From: Eledone cirrhosa
Taxonomy: Eukaryota
Length of the DNA: 64,000 bases
Direction: 5' to 3'
Assembly: GCA_964016885.1 (NCBI GenBank)
Contig: OZ024743.1
Coordinates: 335,668,001-335,732,000, forward strand
Shown: piece after piece, positions 39,217-52,300 of the stretch
How positions within the stretch are numbered: position 1 is the stretch's first letter
Layout: every line of letters starts with the position of its first letter
The notes under the pieces: model-generated
Databases searched by the model: none
Seen by the model: only the letters and a program-made list of their open reading frames with translations
What the model was told of the DNA's origin: nothing
Made by a program: the position numbers and the translations under genes

Positions 39217-42200
39217 CTAGATGGTAGCTATGGTGATGTAGCTGCTAGCAACATGATTGCTATTGTTGTTATTGCTGGTGGTGTCAGTGATGGTGGGGAT
39301 GGTAGCTATGGTGATGTAGCTGCTAGCAACATGATTGCTATTGTTGTTATTGCTGGTGGTGTCAGTGATGGTGGGGATTGTAGCTATGGTGATGTAGCTG
39401 CTAGCAACATGATTGTTATTGTTGTTATTGCTGGTGGTGTCAGTGATGGTGGGGATGGTAGCTATGGTGATGTAGCTGCTTGTAACATGATTGCTATTGT
39501 TGTTGTTGCTGGTGGGGTCAGTGATGGTGGGGATGGTAGCTATGGTGATGTAGCTGGTAGTAACTTGATTGCTATTGTTGTTATTGCTGGTGGTGTCAGT
39601 GATGGTGGGGATGGTAGCTATGGTGATGTAGCTGGTAGTAACTTGATTGCTATTGTGGTTATTGCTGGTGGTGTCAGTGATGGTGGGGATGGTAGCTATG
39701 GTGATGTAGCTGGTAGTAACATGATTGATATTGTTGTATTGCTGGTGGTGTCAGTGATGGTGGGGATGGTTGCTATGGTGATGTAGCTGGTAGTAACATG
39801 ATTGCTATTGTTGTTATTGCTGGTGGTGTCAGTGATGGTGGGGATGGTTGCTATGGTGATGTAGCTGGTAGTAACATGATTGCTATTGTTGTTATTGCTG
39901 GTGGTATCAGTGATGTTGGTGATGGTAGCTATGGTGATGTAGCTGGTAGTAACATGATTGCTATTGTTGTTGTTGCTGGTGGTGTCAGTGATGGTGGGGA
40001 TGGTAGATATGGTGATGTAGCTGCTTGTAACATGATTGCTATTGTTGTTATTGCTGGTGGTGTCAGTGATGGTGGGGATGGTAGCTATGGTGATGTAGCT
40101 GCTTGTAACATGATTGCTATTGTTGTTATTGCTGGTGGTGTCAGTGATGGTGGGGATGGTAGCCATGGTGATGTAGCTGCTAGCAACATGATTGCTATTG
40201 TTGTTGTTGCTGGTGGTGTCAGTGATGGTGGGGATGGTAGCTATGGTGATGTAGCTGGTAGCAACATGATTGCTATTGTTGTTATTGCTGGTGGTGTCAG
40301 TGATGATGGGAATGGTAGCTATGGTGATGTAACTGGTAGTAACAGGATTGCTATTGTTGTTATTGCTGGTGGTGTCAGTGATGATGGGAATGGTAGCTAT
40401 GGTGATGTAACTGGTAGTAACAGGATTGCTATTGTTGTTATTGCTGGTGGTGTCAGTGATGATGGGAATGGTAGCTATGGTGATGTAGCTGCTAGCAACA
40501 TGATTGCTATTGTTGTTATTGCTGGTGGTGTCAGTGATGGTGGGGATGGTAGCTATGGTGATGTAGCTGCTAGCAACATGATTGCTATTGTTGTTATTGC
40601 TGGTGGTATCAGTGATGGTGGGGATGGTAGCTATTGTGATGTAGCTGGTAGTAACATGATTGCTATTGTTGTTATTGCTGGTGGTGTCAGTGATGGTGGG
40701 GATGGTTGCTATGGTGATGTAGCTGGTAGTAACATGATTGGTATTGTTGTTATTGCTGGTGGTGTCAGTGATGGTGGGGATGGTAGCTATGGTGATGTAG
40801 CTGCTAGCAACATGATTGCTATTGTTGTTATTGCTGGTGGTATCAGTGATGGTGGGGATGGTAGCTATGGTGATGAAGCTGGTAGCAACATGATTGCTAT
40901 TGTTGTTATTGCTGGTGGTGTCAGTGATGGTGGTGATGGTAGCTATGGTGATGTAGCTGGTAGTAACTTGATTGCTATTGTTGTTATTGCTGGTGGTATC
41001 AGTGATGGTGGGGATGGTAGCTATGGTGATGTAACTGGTAGTAACATGATTGCTATTGTTGTTGTTGCTGGTGGTGACAGTGATGGTGGGGATGGTAGCT
41101 ATGGTGATGTAGCTGCTAGCAACATGATTGCTATTGTTGTTATTGCTGGTGGTATCAGTGATGGTGGGGATGGTAGCTATGGTGATGTAGCTGGTAGTAA
41201 CATGATTGCTATTGTTGTTATTGCTGGTGGTGTCAGTGATGGTGGGGATGGTAGCTATGCTGATGTAGCTGCTAGCAACATGATTGCTATTGTTGTTATT
41301 GCTGGTGGTGTCAGTGATGGTGGGGATGGCAGCTATGGTGATGTAGCTGGTAGTAACATGATTGCTATTGTTGTTATTGCTGGTGGTGTCAGTGATGGTG
41401 GGGATGGTAGCTATGGTGATGTAGCTGCTTGTAACATGATTGCTATTGTTGTTGTTGCTGGTGGTGTCAGTGATGGTGGGGATGGTAGCTATGGTGATGT
41501 AGCTGGTAGTAACTTGATTGCTATTGTTGTTATTGCTGGTGGTGTCAGTGATGGTGGGGATGGTAGCTATGGTGATGTAGCTGGTAGTAACTTGATTGCT
41601 ATTGTTGTTATTGCTGGTGGTGTCAGTGATGGTGGGGATGGTAGCTATGGTGATGTAGCTGCTTGTAACATGATTGCTATTGTTGTTGTTGCTGGTGGTG
41701 TCAGTGATGGTGGGGATGGTAGCTATGGTGATGTAGCTGGTAGTAACTTGATTGCTATTGTGGTTATTGCTGGTGGTGTCAGTGATGGTGGGGATGGTAG
41801 CTATGGTGATGTAGCTGCTTGTGTCATGATTGCTATTGTTGTTGTTGCTGGTGGTGTCAGTGATGGTGGGGATGGTAGCTATGGTGATGTAGCTGCTTGT
41901 AACATGATTGCTATTGTTGTTATTGCTGGTGGTGTCAGTGATGGTGGGGATGGTAGCTATGGTGATGTAGCTGCTAGGAACATGATTGCTATTGTTGTTA
42001 TTGCTGGTGGTGTTAGTGATGGTGGGGATGGTAGCTATGGTGATGTAGCTGCTAGCAACATGATTGCTATTGTTGTTATTGCTGGTGGTATCAGTGATGG
42101 TGGGGATGGTAGCTATGGTGATGTAGCTGGTAGTAACATGATTGCTATTGTTGTTATTGCTGGTGGTGTCAGTGATGGTGGGGATGGTAGCTATGGTGAT

Positions 42201-43329
42201 GTAGCTGCTAGCAACATGATTGCTATTGTTGTTATTGCTGGTGGTGTCAGTGATGGTGGGGATGGCAGCTATGGTGATGTAGCTGGTAGTAACTTGATTG
42301 CTATTGTTGTTATTGCTGGTGGTGTCAGTGATGGTGGGGATGGTAGCTAAGGTGATGTAGATGGTAGCAACATGATTGCTATTGTTGTTATTGCTGGTGG
42401 TGTCAGTGATTGTGGGGATGGTAGCTATGGTGATGTAGCTGCTAGCAACATGATTGTTATTGTTGTTATTGCTGGTGGTGTCAGTGATGGTGGGAATCGT
42501 TGCTATGGTGATGTAGCTGGTAGTAACATGATTGCTATTGTTGTTATTGCTGGTGGTGTCAGTGATGGTGGGGATGGTAGCTATGGTGATGTAGCTGCTA
42601 GCAACATGATTGCTATTGTTGTTGTTGCTGGTGGTGTCAGTGATGGTGGGGATGGTAGCTATGGTGATGTAGCTGGTAGTAACTTGATTGCTATTGTTGT
42701 TATTGCTGGTGGTGTCAGTGATGGTGGGGCTGGTAGCTATGGTGATGTAGCTGGTAGTAACTTGATTGCTATTGTGGTTATTGCTGGTGGTGTCAGTGAT
42801 GGTGGGGATGGTAGCTATGGTGATGTAGCTGCTTGTGTCATGATTGCTATTGTTGTTGTTGCTGGTGGTGTCAGTGATGGTGGGGATGGTAGCTATGGTG
42901 ATGTAGCTGCTTGTAACATGATTGCTATTGTTGTTATTGCTGGTGGTGTCAGTGATGGTGGGGATGGTAGCTATGGTGATGTAGCTGCTAGGAACATGAT
43001 TGCTATTGTTGTTATTGCTGGTGGTGTTAGTGATGGTGGGGATGGTAGCTATGGTGATGTAGCTGCTAGCAACATGATTGCTATTGTTGTTATTGCTGGT
43101 GGTATCAGTGATGGTGGGGATGGTAGCTATGGTGATGTAGCTGGTAGTAACATGATTGCTATTGTTGTTATTGCTGGTGGTGTCAGTGATGGTGGGGATG
43201 GTAGCTATGGTGATGTAGCTGCTAGCAACATGATTGCTATTGTTGTTATTGCTGGTGGTGTAGCTGCTAGCAACATGATTGCTATTGTTGTTATTGCTGG
43301 TGGTGTCAGTGATGGTGGGGATGGCAGCT

Positions 43330-46300
43330 ATGGTGATGTAGCTGGTAGTAACTTGATTGCTATTGTTGTTATTGCTGGTGGTGTCAGTGATGGTGGGGAT
43401 GGTAGCTAAGGTGATGTAGCTGGTAGCAACATGATTGCTCTTGTTGTTATTGCTGGTGGTGTCAGTGATTGTGGGGATGGTAGCTATGGTGATGTAGCTG
43501 CTAGCAACATGATTGCTATTGTTGTTATTGCTGGTGGTGTCAGTGATGGTGGGGATGGTTGCTATGGTGATGTAGCTGGTAGTAACATGATTGCTATTGT
43601 TGTTATTGCTGGTGGTGTCAGTGATGGTGGGGATGGTTGCTATGGTGATGTAGCTGGTAGTAACATGATTGCTATTGTTGTTATTGCTGGTGCTGTCAGT
43701 GATGGTGGGGATGGTAGCTATGGTGATGTAGCTGCTAGCAACATGATTGCTATTGTTGTTATTGCTGGTGGTGTCAGTGATGGTGGGGATGGTAGCTATG
43801 GTGATGTAGCTGGTAGCAACATGATTGCTATTGTTGTTATTGCTGGTGGTGTCAGTGATGGTGGGGATTGTAGCGATGGTGATGTAGCTGCTAGCAACAT
43901 GATTGCTATTGTTGTTATTGCTGGTGGTGACAGTGATGGTGGGGATGGTAGCTATGGTGATGTAGCTGGTAGTAACATGATTGCTATTGTTGTTATTGCT
44001 GGTGGTGTCGGTGATGGTGGGGATGGTAGCTATGGTGATGTAGCTGGTAGTAACATGATTGCTATTGTTGTTAACGCTGGTGGTGTGAGTGATGGTGGGG
44101 ATGGTAGCTATGGTGATGTAGCTGGTAGTAACATGATTGCTATTGTTGTTATCGCTGGTGGTGTCAGTGATGGTGGGGATGGTAGCCATGGTGATGTAGC
44201 TGCTAGCAACATGATTGCTATTGTTGTTGTTGCTGGTGGTGTCAGTGATGGTGGGGATGGTAGCTATGGTGATGTAGCTGCTAGCAACATGATTGCTATT
44301 GTTGTTATTGCTGGTGGTGTCAGTGATGGTGGGGATGGTAGCTATGGTGATGTAGCTGGTAGTAACATGATTGTTATTGTTGTTATTGCTGGTGGTGTCA
44401 GTGATGGTGGGGATGGTAGCTATGGTGATGTAGCTGGTAGCAACATGATTGCTATTGTTGTTATTGCTGGTGGTGTCAGTGATGGTGGGGATGGTAGCTA
44501 TGGTGATGTAGCTGCTAGCAACATGATTGCTATTGTTGTTATTGCTGGTGGTGTCAGTGATGGTGGGGATTGTAGCTATGGTGATGTAGCTGGTAGTAAC
44601 ATGATTGTTATTGTTGTTATTGCTGGTGGTGTCAGTGATGGTGGGGATGGTAGCTATGGTGATGTAGCTGGTAGTATCATGATTGCTATTGTTGTTATTG
44701 CTGGTGGTGTCAGTGATGGTGGGGATGGTAGCTATGGTGATGTAGCTGCTAGCAACATGATTGCTATTGTTGTTATTGCTGGTGGTGTTAGTGATGGTGG
44801 GGATGGTAGCTATGGTGATGAAGCTGGTAGCAACATGATTGCTATTGTTGTTATTGCTGGTGGTGTCAGTGATGGTGGTGATGGTAGCTATGGTGATGTA
44901 GCTGGTAGTAACTTGATTGCTATTGTTGTTATTGCTGGTGGTATCAGTGATGGTGGGGATGGAAGCTATAGTGATGTAACTGGTAGTAACATGATTGCTA
45001 TTGTTGTTGTTGCTGGTGGTGTCAGTGATGGTGGGGATGGTAGCTATGTTGATGTAGCTGCTAGCAACATGATTGCTATTGTTGTTATTGCTGGTGGTAT
45101 CAGTGATGGTGGGGATGGTAGCTATGGTGATGTAGCTGGTAGCAACATGAATGCTATTGTTGTTATTGCTGGTGGTGTCAGTGATGGTGGGGATGGTAGC
45201 TATGGTGATGTAGCTGCTAGCAACATGATTGCTATTGTTGTTATTGCTGGTGGTGTCAGTGATGGTGGGGATGGTAGCTATGGTGATGTAGCTGCTAGCA
45301 ACATGATTGCTATTGTTGTTATTGCTGGTGGTGTCAGTGATGGTGGGGATGGTAGCTATGGTGATGTAGCTGCTTGTAACATGATTGCTATTGTTGTTTT
45401 TGCTGGTGGTGTCAGTGATGGTGGGGATTGTAGCTATGGTGATGTAGCTGCTAGCAACATGATTGCTATTGTTGTTATTGCTGGTGGTGTCAGTGATGGT
45501 GGGGATTGTAGCTATGGTGATGTAGCTGCTAGCAACATGATTGTTATTGTTGTTATTGCTGGTGGTGTCAGTGATGGTGGGGATGGTAGCTATGGTGATG
45601 TAGCTGGTAGTAACTTGATTGCTATTGTTGTTATTGCTGGTGGTGTCAGTGATGGTGGGGATGGTAGCTATGGTGATGTAGCTGCTAGCAACATGATTGC
45701 TATTGTTGTTATTGCTGGTGGTGTCAGTGATGGTGGGGATGGTAGCTATGGTGATGTAGCTGGTAGTAACATGATTGTTATTGTTGTTATTGCTGGTGGT
45801 GTCAGTGATGGTGGGGATGGTAGCTATGGTGATGTAGCTGGTAGTATCATGATTGCTATTGTTGTTATTGCTGGTGGTGTCAGTGATGGTGGGGATGGTA
45901 GCTATGGTGATGTAGCTGCTAGCAACATGATTGCTATTGTTGTTATTGCTGGTGGTGTTAGTGATGGTGGGGATGGTAGCTATGGTGATGAAGCTGGTAG
46001 CAACATGATTGCTATTGTTGTTATTGCTGGTGGTGTCAGTGATGGTGGTGATGGTAGCTATGGTGATGTAGCTGGTAGTAACTTGATTGCTATTGTTGTT
46101 ATTGCTGCTGGTATCAGTGATGGTGGGGATGGTAGCTATGGTGATGTAACTGGTAGTAACATGATTGCTATTGTTGTTGTTGCTGGTGGTGTCAGTGATG
46201 GTGGGGATGGTAGCTATGGTGATGTAGCTGCTAGCAACATGATTGCTATTGTTGTTATTGCTGGTGGTGTCAGTGATGGTGGGGATGGTAGCTATGGTGA

Positions 46301-49300
46301 TGTAGCTGGTAGCAACATGAATGCTATTGTTGTTATTGCTGGTGGTGTCAGTGATGGTGGGGATGGTAGCTATGGTGATGTAGCTGCTAGCAACATGATT
46401 GCTATTGTTGTTATTGCTGGTGGTGTCAGTGATGGTGGGGATGGTAGCTATGGTGATGTAGCTGCTAGCAACATGATTGCTATTGTTGTTATTGCGGGTG
46501 GTGTCAGTGATGGTGGGGATGGTAGCTATGGTGATGTAGCTGGTAGTAACATGATTGCTATTGTTGTTAACGCTGGTGGTGTGAGTGATGGTGGGGATGG
46601 TAGCTATGGTGATGTAGCTGGTAGTAACATGATTGCTATTGTTGTTATCGCTGGTGGTGTCAGTGATGGTGGGGATGGTAGCCATGGTGATGTAGCTGCT
46701 AGCAACATGATTGCTATTGTTGTTGTTGCTGGTGGTGTCAGTGATGGTGGGGATGGTAGCTATGGTGATGTAGCTGCTAGCAACATGATTGCTATTGTTG
46801 TTATTGCTGGTGGTGTCAGTGATGGTGGGGATGGTAGCTATGGTGATGTATCTGGTAGTAACATGATTGCTATTGTTGTTGTTGCTGGTGGTGTCAGTGA
46901 TGGTGGGGATGGTAGCTATGGTGATGTAGCTGCTAGCAACATGATTGCTATTGTTGTTATTGCTGGTGGTATCAGTGATGGTGGGGATGGTAGCTATGGT
47001 GATGTAGCTGGTAGCAACATGAATGCTATTGTTGTTATTGCTGGTGGTGTCAGTGATGGTGGGGATGGTAGCTATGGTGATGTAGCTGCTAGCAACATGA
47101 TTGCTATTGTTGTTATTGCTGGTGGTGTCAGTGATGGTGGGGATGGTAGCTATGGTGATGTAGCTGCTAGCAACATGATTGCTATTGTTGTTATTGCTGG
47201 TGGTGTCAGTGATGGTGGGGATGGTAGCTATGGTGATGTAGCTGCTTGTAACATGATTGCTATTGTTGTTTTTGTTGGTGGTGTCAGTGATGGTGGGGAT
47301 TGTAGCTATGGTGATGTAGCTGCTAGCAACATGATTGCTATTGTTGTTATTGCTGGTGGTGTCAGTGATGGTGGGGATTGTAGCTATGGTGATGTAGCTG
47401 CTAGCAACATGATTGTTATTGTTGTTATTGCTGGTGGTGTCAGTGATGGTGGGGATGGTAGCTATGGTGATGTAGCTGGTAGTAACTTGATTGCTATTGT
47501 GGTTATTGCTGGTGGTGTCAGTGATGGTGGGGATGGTAGCTATGGTGATGTAGCTGGTAGTAACATGATTGTTATTGTTGTTATTGCTGGTGGTGTCAGT
47601 GATGGTGGGGATGGTAGCTATGGTGATGTAGCTGGTAGTAACATGATTGCTATTGTTGCTATTGCTGGTGGTGTCAGTGATGGTGGGGATGGTAGCTATG
47701 GTGATGTAGCTGCTAGCAACATGATTGCTATTGTTGTTATTGCTGGTGGTGTCAGTGATGGTGGGGATGGTAGCTATGGTGATGTAGCTGGTAGTAACAT
47801 GATTGTTATTGTTGTTATTGCTGGTGGTGTCAGTGATGGTGGGGATGCTAGCTATGGTGATGTAGCTGGTAGTATCATGATTGCTATTGTTGTTATTGCT
47901 GGTGGTGTCAGTGATGGTGGGGATGGTAGCTATGGTGATGTAGCTGCTAGCAACATGATTGCTATTGTTGTTATTGCTGGTGGTGTTAGTGATGGTGGGG
48001 ATGGTAGCTATGGTGATGAAGCTGGTAGCAACATGATTGCTATTGTTGTTATTGCTGGTGGTGTCAGTGATGGTGGTGATGGTAGCTATGGTGATGTAGC
48101 TGGTAGTAACTTGATTGCTATTGTTGTTATTGCTGCTGGTATCAGTGATGGTGGGGATGGAAGCTATGGTGATGTAACTGGTAGTAACATGATTGCTATT
48201 GTTGTTGTTGCTGGTGGTGTCAGTGATGGTGGGGATGGTAGCTATGGTGATGTAGCTGCTAGCAACATGATTGCTATTGTTGTTATTGCTGGTGGTATCA
48301 GTGATGGTGGGGATGGTAGCTATGGTGATGTAGCTGGTAGCAACATGAATGCTATTGTTGTTATTGCTGGTGGTGTCAGTGATGGTGGGGATGGTAGCTA
48401 TGGTGATGTAGCTGCTAGCAACATGATTGCTATTGTTGTTATTGCTGGTGGTGTCAGTGATGGTGGGGATGGTAGCTATGGTGATGTAGCAGCTAGCAAC
48501 ATGATTGCTATTGTTGTTATTGCGGGTGGTGTCAGTGATGGTGGGGATGGTAGCTATGGTGATGTAGCTGCTTGTAACATGATTGCTATTGTTGTTTTTG
48601 CTGGTGGTGTCAGTGATGGTGGGGATTGTAGCTATGGTGATGTAGCTGCTAGCAACATGATTGCTATTGTTGTTATTGCTGGTGGTGTCAGTGATGGTGG
48701 GGATTGTAGCTATGGTGATGTAGCTGCTAGCAACATGATTGTTATTGTTGTTATTGCTGGTGGTGTCAGTGATGGTGGGGATGGCAGCTATGGTGATATA
48801 GCTGGTAGTAACTTGATTGCTATTGTTGTTATTGCTGGTGGTGTCAGTGATGGTGGGGATGGTAGCTATGGTGATGTAGCTGCTTGTAACATGATTGCTA
48901 TTGTTGTTGTTGCTGGTGGGGTCAGTGATGGTGGGGATGGTAGCTATGGTGATGTAGCTGGTAGTAACTTGATTGCTATTGTTGTTATTGCTGGTGGTGT
49001 CAGTGATGGTGGGGATGGTAGCTATGGTGATGTAGCTGGTAGTAACTTGATTGCTATTGTGGTTATTGCTGGTGGTGTCAGTGATGGTGGGGATGGTAGC
49101 TATGGTGATGTAGCTGGTAGTAACATGATTGATATTGTTGTTATTGCTGGTGGTGTCAGTGATTGTGGGGATGGTAGCTATGGTGATGTAGCTGCTAGCA
49201 ACATGATTGCTATTGTTGTTATTGCTGGTGGTGTCAGTGATGGTGGGGATGGTTGCTATGGTGATGTAGCTGGTAGTAACATGATTGCTATTGTTGTTAT

Positions 49301-52300
49301 TGCTGGTGGTGTCAGTGATGGTGGGGATGGTTGCTATGGTGATGTAGCTGGTATTAACATGATTGCTATTGTTGTTATTGCTGGTGGTATCAGTGATGTT
49401 GGGGATGGTAGCTATGGTGATGTAGCTGGTAGTAACATGATTGCTATTGTTGTTGTTGCTGGTGGTGTCAGTGATGGTGGGGATGGTAGCTATGGTGATG
49501 TAGCTGCTAGCAACATGATTGCTATTGTTGTTATTGCTGGTGGTGTCAGTGATGGTGGGGATAGTAGCTATGGTGATGTAGCTGCTAGCAACATGATTGC
49601 TATTGTTGTTATTGCTGGTGGTATCAGTGATGGTGGTGATGGTAGCTATGGTGATGTAGCTGGTAGTAACATGATTGCTATTGTTGTTATTGCTGGTGGT
49701 GTCAGTGATGGTGGGGATGGTAGCTATGGTGATGTAGCTGCTAGCAACATGATTGCTATTGTTGTTATTGCTGGTGGTATCAGTGATGGTGGTGATGGTA
49801 GCTATGGTGATGTAGCTGGTAGTAACATGATTGCTATTGTTGTTATTGCTGGTGGTGTCAGTGATGGTGGGGATGGTAGCTATGGTGATGTAGCTGCTAG
49901 CAACATGATTGCTATTGTTGTTATTGCTGCTGGTATCAGTGATGGTGGGGATGGAAGCTATGGTGATGTAACTGGTAGTAACATGATTGCTATTGTTGTT
50001 GTTGCTGGTGGTGTCAGTGATGGTGGGGATGGTAGCTATGGTGATGTAGCTGCTAGCAACATGATTGCTATTGTTGTTATTGCTGGTGGTATCAGTGATG
50101 GTGGGGATGGTAGCTATGGTGATGTAGCTGGTAGTAACATGATTGCTATTGTTGTTGTTGCTGGTGGTGTCAGTGATGGTGGGGATGGTAGCTATGGTGA
50201 TGTAGCTGCTAGCAACATGATTGCTATTGTTGTTATTGCTGGTGGTGTCAGTGATGGTGGGGATAGTAGCTATGGTGATGTAGCTGCTAGCAACATGATT
50301 GCTATTGTTGTTATTGCTGGTGGTATCAGTGATGGTGGTGATGGTAGCTATGGTGATGTAGCTGGTAGTAACATGATTGCTATTGTTGTTATTGCTGGTG
50401 GTGTCAGTGATGGTGGGGATGGTAGCTATGGTGATGTAGCTGCTAGCAACATGATTGCTATTGTTGTTATTGCTGGTGGTATCAGTGATGGTGGTGATGG
50501 TAGCTATGGTGATGTAGCTGGTAGTAACATGATTGCTATTGTTGTTATTGCTGGTGGTGTCAGTGATGGTGGGGATGGTAGCTATGGTGATGTAGCTGCT
50601 AGCAACATGATTGCTATTGTTGTTATTGCTGGTGGGGTCAGTGATGGTGGGGATGGTAGCTATGGTGATGTAGCTGCTTGTAACATGATTGCTATTGTTG
50701 TTGTTGCTGGTGGTGTCAGTGATGGTGGGGATGGCAGCTATGGTGATGTAGCTGGTAGTAACTTGATTGCTATTGATGTTATTGCTGGTGGTGTCAGTGA
50801 TGGTGGGGATGGTAGCTAAGGTGATGTAGCTGGTAGTAACATGATTGCTATTGTTGTTATTGCTGGTGGTGTCAGTGATTGTGGCGATGGTAGCTATGGT
50901 GATGTAGCTGGTAGTAACATGATTGCTATTGTTGTTATTGCTGGTGGTGTCAGTGATGGTGGGGATGGTAGCTATGGTGATGTAGCTGCTAGCAACATGA
51001 TTGCTATTGTTGTTATTGCTGGTGGTGTCAGTGATGTTGGGGATGGTTGCTATGGTGATGTAGCTGGTAGTAACATGATTGCTATTGTTGTTATTGACGG
51101 TGGTGTCAGTGATGGTGGGGATTGTAGCTATGGTGATGTAGCTGCTAGCAACATGATTGTTATTGTTGTTATTGCTGGTGGTGACAGTGATGGTGGGGAT
51201 GGTAGCTATGGTGATGTAGCTGGTAGTAACATGATTGCTATTGTTGTTATTGCTGGTGGTGTCAGTGATGGTGGGGATGGTAACTATGGTGATGTAGCTG
51301 GTAGTAACATGATTGCTATTGTTGTTATCGCTGGTGGTGTCAGTGATGGTGGGGATGGTAGCCATGGGGATGTAGCTGCTAGCAACATGATTGCTATTGT
51401 TGTTGTTGCTGGTGGTGTCAGTGATGGTGGGGATGGTAGCTATGGTGATGTAGCTGCTAGCAACATGATTGCTATTGTTGTTATTGCTGGTGGTGTCAGT
51501 GATGGTGGGGATGGTAGCTAAGGTGATGTAGCTGGTAGTAACATGATTGCTATTGTTGTTATTGCTGGTGGTGTCAGTGATTGTGGGGATGGTAGCTATG
51601 GTGATGTAGCTGCTAGCAACATGATTGCTATTGTTGTTATTGCTGGTGGTGTCAGTGATGTTGGGGATGGTTACTATGGTGATGTAGCTGGTAGTAACAT
51701 GATTGCTATTGTTGTTATTGCCGGTGGTGTCAGTGATGGTGGGGATTGTAGCTATGGTGATGTAGCTGCTAGCAACAGGATTGCTATTGTTGTTATTGCT
51801 GGTGGTATCAGTGATGGTGGGGATGGTAGCTATGGTGATGTAGCTGGTAGTAACATGATTGCTATTGTTGTTATCGCCGGTGGTGTCAGTGTTGGTGGGG
51901 ATGGTAGCTATGGTGATGTAGCTGCTAGCAACAGGATTGCTATTGTTGTTATTGCTGGTGGTATCAGTGATGGTGGGGGTGGTAGCTATGGTGATGTAGC
52001 TGGTAGTAACATGATTGCTATTGTTGTTATTGCTGGTGGTGTCAGTGATGGTGGGGATGGTAGCTATGGTGATGTAGCTGCTAGCAACATGATTGCTATT
52101 GTTGTTATTGCTGGTGGTGTCAGTGATGGTGGGGATGGTAGCTATGGTGATGTAGCTGCTAGCAACATGATTGCTATTGTTGTAATTGCTGGTGGTGTCA
52201 GTGATGGTGGGGATGGTTGCTATGGTGATGTAGCTGGTAGTAACATGGTTGCTATTGTTGTTATTGCTGGTGGTGTCAGTGATGGTGGGGATGGTTGCTA

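Noticed and set aside
1720-39740. Programmed ribosomal frameshifting or stop readthrough joining the segments into one giant protein
   Set aside because: The shift sites are heterogeneous deletions with no shared slippery heptamer or downstream structure. Simple mutation or error is sufficient.
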